64,000 bases of DNA from Hormiphora californensis (taxonomy: Eukaryota > Animalia > Ctenophora), in assembly GCA_020137815.1 (NCBI GenBank), contig CM035355.1, positions 5,704,001 to 5,768,000 of the forward strand, read 5' to 3'. Shown here in pieces: positions 23,401-38,400 of this stretch (within the stretch, counting starts at the first letter, position 1; the number at the start of each line of letters is the position of its first letter). A model generated the notes under the pieces. The model saw only the letters and a list, made by a program, of their open reading frames with translations. It was not told the origin of the DNA and made no database searches. A program made the position numbers and the translations under genes.

Positions 23401-26400
23401 GAAACTTTCCCACTTTGACCCTCCTTATCTCTATGAAACTTTTCCATTTTTACCCTCCTTATCTCTATGAAACTTTTCCATTTTTACCCTCCTTATCTTT
23501 AAGAAACTTTCCCACTTTGAACCTCCTTATCTCTAAGAAACTTTCCCACTTTGACCCTCCTTATCTCTAAGAAACTTTCCCACTTTGACCCTCCTTATCT
23601 CTAAGAAACTTTCCCACTTTGAACCTCCTTATCTCTTAGAAACTTTCCCACTTTGACCCTCCTTATCTCTAAGAAACTTTCCCACTTTAGCCCTCCTTAT
23701 CTCTAAGAAACTTTCCCACTTTGACCCTCCTTATCTCTAAGAAACTTTCCCACTTTGACCCTCCTTATCTCTAAGATACTTTCCCACTTTGAACATCCTT
23801 ATCTCTAAGAAACTTTCCCACTTTGACCCTCCTTATCTCTAAGAAACTTTCCCACTTTGACCCTCCTTATCTCTAAGAAACTTTCCCACTTTTACCCTCC
23901 TTATCTCTAAGAAACTTTCCCAATTTGACCCTCCTTATCTCTAAGAAACTTTCCTACTTTGACCCTCCTTATCTCTAAGATACTTTCCCACTTTGAACAT
24001 CCTTATCTCTAAGAAACTTTCCCACTTTGACCCTCCTTATCTCTAAGAAACTTTCCCACTTTGACCCTCCTTATCTCTAAGAAACTTTCCCACTTTGACC
24101 CTCCTTATCTCTAAGAAACTTTCCCACTTTGACCCTCCTTATCTCTAAGAAACTTTCCTACTTTGACCCTCCTTATCTCTAAGATACTTTCCCACTTTGA
24201 ACATCCTTATCTCTAAGAAACTTTCCCACTTTGACCCTCCTTATCTCTAAGAAACTTTCCCACTTTGACCCTCCTTATCTCTAAGAAACTTTCCCACTTT
24301 GACCCACGTAATCTCTAAGAAACTTCCCTACTTTGATTGGCAGGATATTTACAACCTTGGTGTACCTTTCTGAATCTATAGGCAGTGTCGGACTTATTTT
24401 CATGATCCAGCTCTGTCTGGACAGAACCCTTTTACCTCCGCAAACAATCCTCCGCAAACAATCCCAATCATGGTTTATATGTTGCCATGGGTAATACTAG
24501 TTTCCATCTCATGTATCTTCATCAGATGGTGCGGTGTCTATCAACCCCTCTCAGCCGGACAGTGCAATAGTGGGTACCCCTGGTGGTGAGATAACCATAA
24601 CATGCTCCGTTGCAGCAGGATCCTCTGAACAGGTTAGACATAATTTGTGTGACAATTCCCATGTTCACAGTTAACAGTTGTAGTATGTACATGTTAATAT
24701 CAAATAGATAGAGATGAATTTAGAAGTATAGAATTGTTAGGGTGCGGGGGTGAAATAAATATAGAAATAAAGGTATAGTAGGCCGAGGGGGTTGTTGTTG
24801 TTTCATATTGAGGGGAGCCGGAGGGGGGGGGGGTGAAACAATTCACCTTGACTTGATGATATTAACAGAGCTCAATTTCCCGTTTTCAGGCGGTGTTGGA
24901 TCTGTATGAGGACGGTTCTACCACATTCACCACTCTAACTAGCACACTTACCGATGGTGTTGCCCTCTTTAAAGGTATGTGTTTTGATGTTATTGTATCA
25001 AATCTCATCCTTGATGGGATGAGTACCGGTATAAGCAGGAAAACTCAATGTCATCATAAATCCGCCACACAATCTCTGCTCGTATGCAGTACTCCATTGC
25101 TGTCGTCAATTTTCTTTTTAAATTCATCCCCTTGTCATTACATATTTAACTTTTCTGATCCTATAATGATTTTACCACCTGCAGCAGAGGCCCAGAAAGT
25201 TATTCATTTTGTCGGAATCAAATTGTTACTGAGAATGGCACGTGCAGATTGACTGATAGTCCGCCCCCAATACCAATCATTTTGTGATTAAGTCCTAACA
25301 ATTACAAAATATAGCCGAATTCCTGGACTAATATCATGGGGCCTATCTCTCTCCCATTGACTTACTTTTCATTTGAGGACCTGTATTTTTATGACATGTG
25401 TCACAAATCCAGTCACCTGGTACACACCTCTATTCTTTTTGAATATGCACATGTCACTAACTCTAAGATCGCAAGGCCCCGGGCCAATCGAGCATTCTCT
25501 CTCCCTTTGTCCCTCTCTCACTCTCTCCCTGCCCCCTCCCCGATCCCTTTCACCTACAATGCTCCAGGTGGTTTAATGACAATGAACATCATGCATCAGC
25601 TAGAGGTCTTGCGACTGCATTTAGGGCCCTACGGCTATAAGGTCAACTATTTAATAGTCAGTTGCTATAACAGTGCCTCCAAGACATGTGTCTTCCCCGT
25701 CCCTTCTCGCTATTGGCCCCTTCCTCGTCCCTAACTCACTATAATTATTATAGTAGTCAATACTATGGTGCCTAGCGAGTTACAACTCGCTATAATAGGC
25801 CCCATAGGTCTTGTTTGACCCTCTCTCTAATTGAGGGTAAGAACATATATCAACTAGGCCCCGTGATAGTACATACTGAGAGTTTTTGAGAGGAGTTGGA
25901 TTGTGTGAGTTTCGCAGTAACTAAATCGTGATCCTCGCATATATAATGCAACATGTGGTCGAGCTATAAAGGCCGAGTGAGAGTGAGAATTGAATCATGA
26001 GAGGGAGTGAGAAGTGGAGAAGTCAGCTTTTTTCCCCTTTGTTCATATTTTGTCCGTTTGTGATAAATTTAGCCAAAGATGCGATGATGTGGTTATAATT
26101 TACGGTAAATAGGGCCCAACTATTAGTACGGACTCATGGGATAATATTCCTGTAATTAACTTAGTTGATGATTACTTGACCTCCTTTGCTCCCTTGCCCC
26201 CAACACTGTAAGATTGCGTTACAGCGTGACCTGAGAGTGGCATCTCCTAATTATGAGAATATGTAATTCCCTTTGTTGTACTTGTACCCCCAGAGACGCT
26301 CTATTGATCCCTCCATGAGATGCTATATTGAACTTATGATCCAGCTATGTAGTGTTTTGATCCCTTAATTTTGAACATGTGCCCAAATCATCCCAAATAT

Positions 26401-29400
26401 AGTTTCACTCTGTATACCACTATTATTCCTTAGCTCAAAGCAAATTACAGAAAAGATCAAAACTCAGACCCCATGGAATCCTTTCTCCCTCGTGGTGCTG
26501 AAACCAGTCCCAACTATGGAGGGGGACCTCCCTTCAACATCACTGACATACAAGGCACCCCGGTAGAGATCACTATCACAGTCCTCTCCCTCCTCGCTGT
26601 CTCAGTCGGGATCCCATCCTGTGCCCTCCAGATCGCCTACATCCTAGTTGGGGCAAAGGAGAAGTTCGGGCTGGGAACTAAGATTTACCTGGCGATATGT
26701 GTGACAGATGTAGTGATCCTGGTCTTCTACCTTCCCATAACCTCCAGTTTCCTGGCTGGCAGAGAGCCCCTGATGTTCCAGAATGTGTACTTCTGTGATG
26801 CCTGGGGAATGGCCTGGTTCACCCTTGTTCGAGTATCGATATTCCTTATCGCCCTGCTCAGTGTTACCCGGACCTTGTCTCTCCTGTCCCCATTCTCCAA
26901 ACCACCCAGCTCGAGACGGATCGTGGCGATTATTATCTTCTACACAGTGTGCCTGATGTTCCAGTCCACTGCTCCTATCTGGTACTTCTCTAACGATTAC
27001 AGTTACTTCTGGCAGGCAGTTCACTGCCAACCCATCCTCAGACAAAGCTCCTTCTTCAATCTCTTTACCTACGTTCTGGAGATCATCGCACCACTCTTTG
27101 TAGTGTCTGTCAGCTGTGCGGTGTCCATGTTTGCCCTCCGAAAAGGGGGCCAGGGTAAGAGTCCGGTGGCGGGTGGAGGTCAGAAGAATGGTCGGGCAAC
27201 CGTGACCATCCTCCTTCTAACTGGAATCTACATCTTCTTCAACACTCCCTTGGTCCTCTTTAACGTGCTCGGTCTTCTGGTCATGAATTTCGAGTGTGCT
27301 GATTGGTTTAGAGTGTTCTTCCATACCCAAGCCTACATTTACGTGTATCTTATGGTGAATGTGGTTAGTATTCCACTTAATGCCACTGCTAATGCCATTC
27401 TGTGGGTCGGCAGGTCTGCCGCAATGAGGAACTGGGTACGGGGCCTCATCACAGGGTGGATCAAACTGTGAACAGACACTGATAGTTGGTCAGAGTGCCA
27501 CCAAACACATGCAGTAATGAATTACTGATCTTTTTTCTCCTCTGAAAATCATAATTTCAAACTTCAAAGGATGAAAAACAGCTAAGGAATGGCTGGAATT
27601 ACCTATAATTATTGGACTGTTTCGGCTATCTGGACAGCAAAGACCCTGATTATGTGTTCTTGTTTATTTTTGTTAAAATTGTATTTATCTTCTTTCTTTT
27701 TAACAAAATGAGCTGTGTGTTGTCATATCAAACCATGACTCCAATTTCAGTAGCCACTAACCATAATATTGGTACCATATTTCTAGAAACCATGGTAACT
27801 AAACTTTATGTATTTTCAGTAACCATGGTAACTAAATCTCTCTTATTTTCAGTTACTGTCAATACACAGGAGAGATGGGCAAGGTGTGGGGTGTTCGTAT
27901 CGTCCCACAAACAGTTCCTTTACTCAGCCGCCAAACGAATATTCTTCAGACGTAAGTAACCATGGTAACCACATGTGTACACATGGTAGCTACATTAGTA
28001 ACCATGGTAACCACATTAGTAACCAGCGTCACCATATCATTAACTAACCAACTTCCCCACGATCAGAGGTTGAACTGGAGCCCTCTCGTTTGACTCTTCT
28101 TGCTGGACAGTCCAGTGAGTTGAAACTGAAGGTTTATGGAGACACCAGTACCCTGACCCTCTCCAACAAGCAGCTAACTACCGTCAAAAACACTGTCAAA
28201 TCAACGGATTGGTAAGAAAGTATATGTTTAGAATATCCCAGGAACCGACCGAATCAGGCAATACTGGTCCCTGATTGGCTGATAACCAGTCACGTGACCT
28301 AAATAACGAGTTCTGATTGGTTGTTTACTTGTTTCGGTCGGTTCCTGCTCACCGGGCGGAACGGAGAGGATCAATTTTCGCATAGTTTAGCCCATGTTTA
28401 CTTGTAATGATATTACCCCCCCCCCCCCCATTAGATTGACTTATTGTTACCCCCGGTCCCCCCCCCCCCCCATTAGATTGACTAATTGTTACCCCCGGTC
28501 CCCCCTTCACCAGGTTGACTTATTATGATATCGATTTGAATAATGCTGATACATCCTGGAATGGAACCCTCTCTGCCGAGATATTGTACACTGATGACAA
28601 GGAACTGATCACCAAAACATCCCTCACTTACATCACAGGTAACAACATCCCTCACTTACATCACAGGTACATATAATCATCTCTGATCATAGGTATGTAG
28701 GTCACCTTGAGATCACATTACATGTGTAGAACCACCTCGATCGAGATCACATTACAGGTAGAATCACAAACAAAATCGAGTATCAATTAATTAATTGAGA
28801 CCACTCATAACCCTCTCCCCTCTATTTCAGATGTCCGTGTCACATCATACTCAGAAAACATCGCTGAGGGTAAAGAAATCATCCTGACGTGTGCCCACTC
28901 TACCCCCACTGATTACAACGCACCCACCGTGACCTGGCTCTTCTCCAAAACCGAGGATGGGGCAACTACAGAACTGAAGAACGCAGATACAAACGGTATG
29001 GGGAGAGAGCTGATCAGTGATTCCTGGCTAGACTGTAAAGGGAGGGTTAGAACATAACAAGATCAGTGATGGACAATCAATCAATGATAAAGTTTGAAAT
29101 TTATTCAGCTGTTGTTCTTATCCCCTTGCCTACGTTGCAGGCTCCTCCCACACAGAGCTGGGCACGAATTCCCCAACTGACCCCCAACTTGTCCTCAATT
29201 TACCCCCCCCCCCCCTCTTCTTTAGACAGGGTTACCATGGTAACCAAACCCCTTTCTTTAGTGACGATAACGAATGGGAGAGATACCTCTAAACTCCTGG
29301 TTTCTGGAGTGTACGACCCCCGGTCTGGGTTCTACTCCTGTTCTGTTGTGTTCAATGATGCTGATGGAAAGGTTGCATTTTACAAGACCAGCACCACCCG

Positions 29401-32400
29401 ACAAAATGTCGTTGGGGAAGGTGAGTTTTAGACAAAATGTCGTTGGGGAAGGTGAGTTTTAGACAAAACGTTGTGGGGGGAGGTGAGTTTTAGACACATC
29501 TGTCTAACACTTTAGAGCCGTACTTCGGGCTTGCTTCTAAATTCAAGTGACTCGATATGATGATATCAATACCAACACTATTAGATCGGATCTAATAGTG
29601 TTGGTAATCTAATAGATCCCCTCTTTTGACTTGTCCACTCTCTAACTCAACTCCCTTTCAGCCTACTTTGGTGATCTGGAGGAGACAATGTCCACTCTCT
29701 AACTCAACCCTTTTCAGCCTACTTTGGTGATCTGGAGGAGACAATGTCCACTCTCTAACTCAACCCTTTTCAGCCTACTTTGGTGATCTGGAGGAGACAA
29801 TGTCCACTCTCTAACTCAACCCTTTTCAGCCTACTTTGGTGATCTCGAGGAGACAATGTCACAGAAGATTGGAGACTCCAAAACATTTACCTGTGACGTT
29901 ACGTATGGCCGGCCCACTGGGAACATCCAGAACCCTACAATCGGAGTTCAGTGCCTTTATGCAGGTGATTATTTTGCTCATTTTCTGTCTACAAACAATC
30001 TGTTGTTTCGTTCACACTTTGCCTTGTTCGATCCTCTCTCTCTCCGTCAAGAGTCAAAACTTTTGACTTTCAATGTTTCCCTCTTTTTAAAGAAACTGAC
30101 AACATTGTCCTCCCAACAGGAGACACGGAGACCTGGAACACTAAAGGAGAGAGACAGACCAGTTCGAGTGAGAGAAAGTTTGTTGAAACGTTCTCTGTCG
30201 AGTTCATTGAGGAGATGAACAACCAAGATTGCAGGTTAGTTCACATCTAGATGTATAGTACAGTGGTAAGCGGACTCTAGTGCTAAAATCTGTACCTCTA
30301 TACTCGTTTAGTCGTTTAGAAGTGTTAGGGCTGTTATTTGGGTTCGAGGTTAGGGGTTAGTGTAAAGGTTAGGGTTAGTTAAATAGTCCTCCTTGGGTTT
30401 AGATGTAGAGTCCGTTAGCACTAGAGTCCGCCCACCGTAGTACAGTGTATAATAGTGGTTGCTATTACAATATGATTCTGTTTGTACATGTTAGGTTACA
30501 TGGCGCTCCAAATTATGAACCAAATTTGGCCAAACTCCAAAGATTACAGTTTCTATTTCTCATTTCCCATTTTCCATTTTCCAGGTGTTTCGGAAAGTTT
30601 GCTACCAGTGAAGGTGCCCTAACTTCCTCCAACTCTTACATCATCTCATCCCCTCTGACCCGGGTCTACGCATACAGTAAGAGCTCGAACCTGACGACTA
30701 TTGCATTGATGTTATCACATAATTTATTGTTAACCATAAATTGATTGTTAATTAATATTTCAGCACCCCATCTCAAGAGACCATGAGTCTCTTACTCTCC
30801 CAGGGGAGAGAAAGGGACTCAGCGCCATAGTTACCACATACCCGGGTTGGTATGGAGGTTTGCTTAGCGTATCCCATGGTTTAGTGACAAACAAACAAAC
30901 AAACAAACCCCATCTCAAACCATATCTCCTACTTTCAGAGGTTTTCATCGTGTCAGTCGAGGACCATTTTGCAATGATAGGACACGGTGTGACAATGCAG
31001 TGTGGGGCTAACGGTTTAAACCCGGATAACTCACAGAACATCCAATGGTATGTGCAGTTGCTATGGTAACTATGCTGGGTTGCTATGGTAACTATGCTGG
31101 GTTGCTATGGTAACTATGCTGGGTTGCTATGGTAACATGATTAGCTGTGTAACTGCATGGTAACATGACTCATTCTTCAGGAAGGGACCGGGTGATAACG
31201 CCCTAACAGATGGGAACAACGGGGTGGTAATCACTGCAGCACCAGTTATTGAAGGTAGGATCCGTTTCCCAAATAGTTAGAGCATACAAATTTGATATTT
31301 GTAACAAATTATATAATAGTTGTTTCCATGGAAATGATAACATCTTATCTCCTACTTGTAACACTATTCCCGGAACCACCACACATCGTTTATAACTTAT
31401 AAGTATATCTGACACTATGCTGTCTCGCCTGTTCGGTGAGACTTGGCTGTGTGACTGTTTACAGTCCCAGATGAGCGGCCCAAACCAAACCCAACCCCCT
31501 CCTGTGCAGGTGTGTACAAGTCTACGATAGTAGTTCCTAATCTGAATGCAGATTCAGAGGGAACATACGCCTGTTATGTCAACTACGGTACTGACAAGCT
31601 CCTTCAACAAACCTTCAATGTCTACATACTTCGTAAGTGGCATATTAAAACCCAAAGCTGTTTCAACTTGCGTTTTGTGAAATTTCCCAATGGCATCATT
31701 GATGATATAGACACTTCAAATTGCTGTTGATATGAGCAAGGAATTCATTAATAGTAATAACATATCTCTCTCTCTCCCTATGTTTAGGTATCCACCAGTA
31801 CAACACTGATACCCGCTACGAAATGGTTGATGATTCAAATGTGAAGATTACCTGCAAGGTATGTTGGGTTAACATGGTTTACATGGGGTTAACAATGTTT
31901 GACATGGGCTTACATGGAGTTAACATGGTTTACATGGGGTTAACATCGGTTAACATGGGTCTAACATGGGGGTTAACCTGGTTTATAGCTAAACATGGTT
32001 AACATGATTTGTGGCGCTGGGCGCACCTCCATGTGTAATATTCTGCACAGGTCAGTAAGATAAGTGATAAAATCCCCACTGTTACTTGGACCCACGATGG
32101 AGAGAAATCAACTTGTGACGTGGCAAACTCAGCTACTGAAGGTAGGAAAGCACTATAATCACTGCCCAACACTGTATACTAAAGCTTTATCTCAGTTCGG
32201 GAACACTCTAAACATTTACCCGGTAAATTTTACCGCTCCGAATTATTTCCCATCTACAGCCAGTAAGTCTAACTAAACCCCTTCTTTCCAGGCAACCAAG
32301 TGACATGTGTGAAGACTATTACCATCCAATCTGATCCCCTGACCACATTCATCAACTGTCACCTTGTGTACGAAAACCAGGCTCTGCTAAGGGGTCAGGA

Positions 32401-35400
32401 GGAGCAGAGTCAGAACTTGACCATTGTCACACAGAAAGTATGGAGTGAGCAGAAAAAGGTAAATACATTGTGACACAGAAAGTATGGAGTAAGCAGAAAA
32501 AGGTAAACACATTTTGTTAGTTCTGTGTGGACTGTGGGAGTGTGGACAGAGTGTGATCTAGGGGGTAAAATCCTGTTGGTAAGAGAGGTACTGGTATATT
32601 TTATGCAGATTGTAGGTAGTAGTATAGGTACACGTGTCTCTCAATGCTGCTCCTAGTTCCAGAGTTATACCCATGATTATAGACAAGGGCGTTATAGCAC
32701 ATGCTGCTTCCATGGTTCCATGATACGCAGATGTAGCTGCTATAAAGTAAGGGTGCACAGCTGCACATGATGGTGGTCTGAATACCAGATCTTTTCAGCC
32801 TCGTTACCGCTGAATATGCAACTCAATTACCTAGGTCCTCTCTTCTTGAGTCTCACCATGTCCTCTCTAATCCACTACTCTTTTGACTCAATCACACTCT
32901 CTCTGGTCTAGTGGTCTACATGTCCCCTCCAGTACCAACATATCTCGTGTTTACCTTGTTTAATGTCCCCTCTAATCCAATACTCTTTTCACTCAATACT
33001 CACACTCTCTCTGGTCTGTAAATTGTCCGGTAACTGACCCTCTCTCTCTAGCACTAACTCTCCGGTAACTGACCCTCTCTCTCTAGCCCTAACTGACTAG
33101 GACTCTCTATAGTCTCTAGGCTAGAGAGTTAGAGACTCAAGTCCTAACTGTTCATGTCACGTATGGTAGGAGCCACATAAGATCCAGGAAGTTTATATAA
33201 CGAGTCGGTGTTGGGAAATATTGAAAACGTATTTCTTTGTAAGATTGTTTGACGTTAGAACCTGTTTAATATAAATCATACCCTATTTCACCTGCAATTT
33301 CATTTCAGGTGAACGTTGTGAAAGGCAGCTCCCCTGAGTACACTTGTTATGGGAGTGGAAACAGAGCAACAATGAACGCTAAGATAAACTACGATGGCAG
33401 TGAAAATGTAAGTGATATATTATGGAAATGGTAACTGATCTCTGAATATACCTATTTCAAATCTAACTTCCTTGATTCAATTAAATTCTTAACTTATTAA
33501 CTAGCCAATATATCTCTGATTAGCCGGAGGAAAGTTCCAATGTGGAGGGTGAGCAGTATGTGAAGAAGTTCAAGTTTGTTCTAACCAACATTGCAAAGGA
33601 GGCTGATTACCAGTGTACCGTGAATTTTGATACCACCGCCTCCTCAACAGTGGCCTTGGAAGTCAATATGATGGGTAAGCTTAACAATTAACATCAGGAA
33701 CCGACCGAATCAGGAAATACTGGTCCCTGATTGGCTGATAACCAGTCACGTGACCTAAATAACGAGTTCTGATTGGTTGTTTACTTGTTTCGGTCGGTTC
33801 CTACTTAACATGATATCATTAACCTGTAGACCCCTTTCGTCACCATGGAAACGACAGATCCTCGTTTTGTAGTAGGTTCCAGGAAATATCGCAATTGATA
33901 TATAGACCTGAATTAACCTCTCTCAGCTGTGTCCCATGCTGTCTTTGCGTGATCCCTGCAACCTGGGTCTTGGCTCCATTAGTATATAGAATGATCATAA
34001 TATATCTCATATATATATCTCATAATACCTCATATATATATATATCTCACCCAATAAAGTATTAAAATGGTTCAAACATAAACAGTGTTGTAAGTGTAAG
34101 GAATTGTCAGGCGAAGATTTTGGGTGCAAAATTGACGTTCCAAGTCTTACCAATCGTCATATATATTCGTCAACAAGAATGTATCCATAGTGCCGTGTTT
34201 CCCTGCCTTCAACTTCAGATCAGGTTCATGTGATCTATATCAGGAACCGACCGACACAAGTAAACAACCAATCAGAACTCGTTATTTAGGTCACGTGACT
34301 GGTTATCAGCCAATCAGGGACCAGTATTTCCTGATTCGGTCGGTTCCTGCTTTAAATGGAAATCATTCCATTTTGATTTGATTTTAACTAGTGTTGGCAG
34401 CTATAATAATTAGTAGAGTACTTTGACCGTGGAGTACTGTTAAGGCAGTAAATGGTTGACCTCATTGAATAAATAATGACTAATCATTTGTCCTGTAAAG
34501 CTCGGACAGTAAATATTTGTTGAGCATCGTCGTCCTCGAGTAATAATAATGATAATAATAATTTATTATCACTATTATTACTAGTAAACGACGATGCTCA
34601 ACAAATATTTACTGTCCGAGCTTTACAGGACAAATGATTAGTCATTATTTATTCAATGAGGTCAACCATTTACTGCCTTAACAGTACTCCACGATCAAAG
34701 TAAAGCCCAATTTATCCGCCAAATGAGCTGATTAATACGGGGCATCACGCGACGGGGATATAGGTTCACACATTTTAGTGAGGTACATATCATTAGCTCT
34801 GGCGCTCCTTAAACCCAACCATCCTGATCCTACTACGAACACCCATTTCCATTATCAACATGAAGCTGTTGATTGTCCTCTGTGCAACTCTCCTAGTGAC
34901 TGCCCACTGTGCTTGTTCCTCGCACCTTGGTTTGTTCGAAAACATCGGAGGACGATCCATAGACCTGACGGAGGATACCCCAAAACTCAGTACCATTGGC
35001 TTTGACGACAAGGCTTTCTTTATTTGGGCATTTTGTGGAAGATGGGAGTGCTTTATACACGAGAAATACATGGGTCATAGCATCGTCGCAGAACCTGGAA
35101 AGATGGTATCAGTGGGCGTGTACAGCAACATGATAAGCTCGTGCAGGAGGAGCTAGTGCCTTAGGGCTGGTGGAAACGGATGGAGTGAGCAGTGAATTGC
35201 CCTTCTTGACATTTATACAGGGGGGGGGGGCTAGAGGGGGCTGAGATTTTGGCCAACATTGCATGATACTGACTTTTTCGCCCAAAAAAGGACATCTTCT
35301 CCCCCCCCCCCCCCCCCCCCCTGGAGAAAAATTATTCCGCCATGCACTAAAAATGTTTAAATTTATTCTTTCTTCAAAAATGTGTTTGCATTATTTTGTA

Positions 35401-38400
35401 TAATATTATGGAGCCTAGTCATGACCCAAAATCGCAGGTCACGCAAAGACAGTGGGACACCCTGTTATAATAGTGCCTCCGGGCAATATACCATTCCATG
35501 ACTCCATATTATTTTATTGGGTATCTTCACTTGAACTGGAATGATTCTCACATTTTAGGGGGGCCCCATTTTACAGCTTGAAACTATAAACTCTGATTCT
35601 CACTCCCTCCATTTTACAGCTCTAACGAAACAACCCGCTACGACGTCCTATAAAACCATTGGGTTTGAGTTTTCTTTTACCTGCGCCTTCAACCTGTTGG
35701 GGGAGAAAACTACAGCTAAGGTATGACACACGTGACACGTGTAACTGCAACTGTAACTGTAATATGACACACGTGTAACTGTAACTGTAACTGTAATATG
35801 ACACACGTGTAACTGTAACACGTGTAACTTTAATAGCTGATCATGCTCTCAGAAGTAGTACAGAACATGAGGGAAACAATCTTGAAAATCGCCAGATGAT
35901 TGCAGTTTATGCAATCTGTTCTTTTTCTCAACAATTTCCGAATTTCCATAACAGATTTCCTGTTCAACAATTTCCCATTTCCACACTTTATGGCGGCGCC
36001 ATACCCCAATTTGATTCTCGCTCAGATGGGGTCGCGGCGCCAGACAGATTCCACAACAGATGTCCTGCTCAACAATTTCCCAATTCCAGATTTCATGGTC
36101 GGGTGGAGAGGGCACAGACTCATCCCTATTTGAGTACTACGACACGGAGGGGGAGAGCGTCTCGGTGCTGACCCTAAAACCAGTGACAAAATCCATGAAC
36201 CTGGATTATTACACTTGCACAGTGGACATCCAGGGAAGCGATGGAGATCAGCCCCTCACGGGAGTTGGGCAGTTTGTTGTAAATTGTGAGTATATTATCA
36301 TGAATAGCTTCACCAACTGAATTCGGAATGATCGATTAACTGGATAAATCCCCCCTAAGGAGTCTGGTAAATTGAGGCCATGTATCTGTCGTACTATAAT
36401 TGTATCCCCCTCCCTTCAGATGTGTCGGTGGACAAGACACAGTGGTATGGTGTCAAGGACCAAACAATCAGGGTACCCTGTAAGGCAACTGGGCCCTCTA
36501 ACAAAGTCTCCGAAACAGCCTGGACAGGACCCTATGATCCCAGCAAGAGGCCCAACATACAACGGGACTCTTTTAACAGTGATACTTTCTCGTGAGTATA
36601 TCACCACACCAGGAACCGACCGAAACAGGAAATACTGGTCCCTGATTGGCTGACAACAAGTCACGTGACCTAAATAACGAGTTCTGATTGATTGTTTACT
36701 TGTTTCGGTCGGTTCCTGCACCACACATTGATCTTGGTTACGAAATATAACCCCTCCATTATTATAGAGGTCGCGTCGCGTCGCGGCATTTGCGTGCTGG
36801 CAAGGGAGGGGTAAACTTCGTTACCACAATATTATCCAAGCTTCTCTTGGTGTATCTTGCAACTACGGGGTCCATGACTCACCTAATATAGGCTGGTATA
36901 ATACTGATACTATACTGATATCCTCCCTTTCCCTCAGGCAAGTAACAAGTATGGTTGAATCCCTCAAGGATTCAGTGTCGGGAGACTACAACTGCTCAGC
37001 TCCATACGAGAACCCCCACCACACGAGTGCTAATATCGTTGTACTGAGTAAGTAACAGTCAGACAATATTTGTCCGGAGCCACCGACCGGCTGGTCTGAA
37101 CGCAATATCGTTTAGAATCAAAACGGGGTCTGATAGTGCAAAACTGCAACACGCCTCCCATAAACTCAATACACCCGAACCCCCCAACCGCCCTAACAAA
37201 CTCGCCAAAATACCCCCCGCCGGCCCGCCGCTAGACCATAACCCACTTTACCCCCGGCCGCTAGACCATATAACCCACTTTACCCCCGCCCCCCACGCCC
37301 CTAACACACTATACCCGCCCCACGCCCCTAACAAACTATACCCCGCCCCCCACGCCCCTAACAAACTATACCCCGCCCCACGCCCCTAACACACTATACC
37401 CCGCCCCACGCCCCTAACAAACTATACCCCGCAGAGATCGAGGAGGACCCAGATCCGATCCAATATAAAAGGACGGGTCAGGTGGCTACATTGGCTTGTG
37501 CGGGATCAGCTCCCACCTCAGAGATGACACCCAGTTTCACCTGGCGGTATGACGGAGAAATTAATACCGGGTAAGTAGTGCATTACTGCAATAGTAAGCT
37601 GTAATTACCTAATTAGTAATTAGTATATTATGTAGTTAGTTAGTACATGATGGAGAAATTAAAACCGGGTAAGTGCATTAGTATACTTACCTAGTTAGTG
37701 TATTAGTTCGTAAGTGCATTAGTATACTTACCACCCAGATATTGTATTATGTGAGTTAGCAATCAGTGCATATATATTACCTTATTTTATCTGTATTTAA
37801 CATTTATTTAACTTGATCATATACCATCACGCACATGTTCCATACATACCCTCTCTCTACCCCTTCTACTCCCACCTTTTAGTTATATGACAATAATATT
37901 ATTGTTAAATACTTTCTAATTTGAATCTTGAATCTTGAATTTGAATCTACAGACGACAGAAAACGTGCCAGACTCAATACAACCCTCTGAAGAGTGGGAC
38001 CATCCCTAAATCTGTGGAGTCCTCTGGGAGATCTGTCATTGAGCACGAAGTTGTTGCAGCCGACCATCTCAGGTATAACAGTTTGTTGGATGAGGGATGA
38101 GACAATTGGTTCCTGTCAGGCTCTCTTATGAGAATAAAGGGCCAATATCAAGAATATGCTCTGACAGATTGGTGATATAAGATATATCTGATCACCTCAG
38201 ATGTAATGCTCTGTCTGATATATATCAGATTGAGCACAGCTTCGTTAATACACGCGTTTTTTATACACGACTCTCCATGATAAACAATAAACATGTAATT
38301 CTCCATACACAGGTCCATAAACTGTGAGATGTCATGGTCTGGTAGCGACGCTGATGGTTCTCTCACTACCTCATCAGCCCTTATCGTCAGAACTTTCATT

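Larger units (their letters stand above)
33924..35464. mobile_element. Degenerate mariner-like TIR pair enclosing the beta/gamma-crystallin gene
   Basis: Left CAGCTGTGTCCCATGCTGTCTTTGCGTGA..GGCTCCAT; reverse complement of right CAGGGTGTCCCACTGTCTTTGCGTGA..GGCTCCAT. Confidence 0.5.

Noticed and set aside
21150-24335. 34-bp array as a CRISPR
   Set aside because: Units abut with no unique spacers, there are no cas genes, and the context is a eukaryotic intron.
26473-27471. Opsin
   Set aside because: No Lys in TM7.
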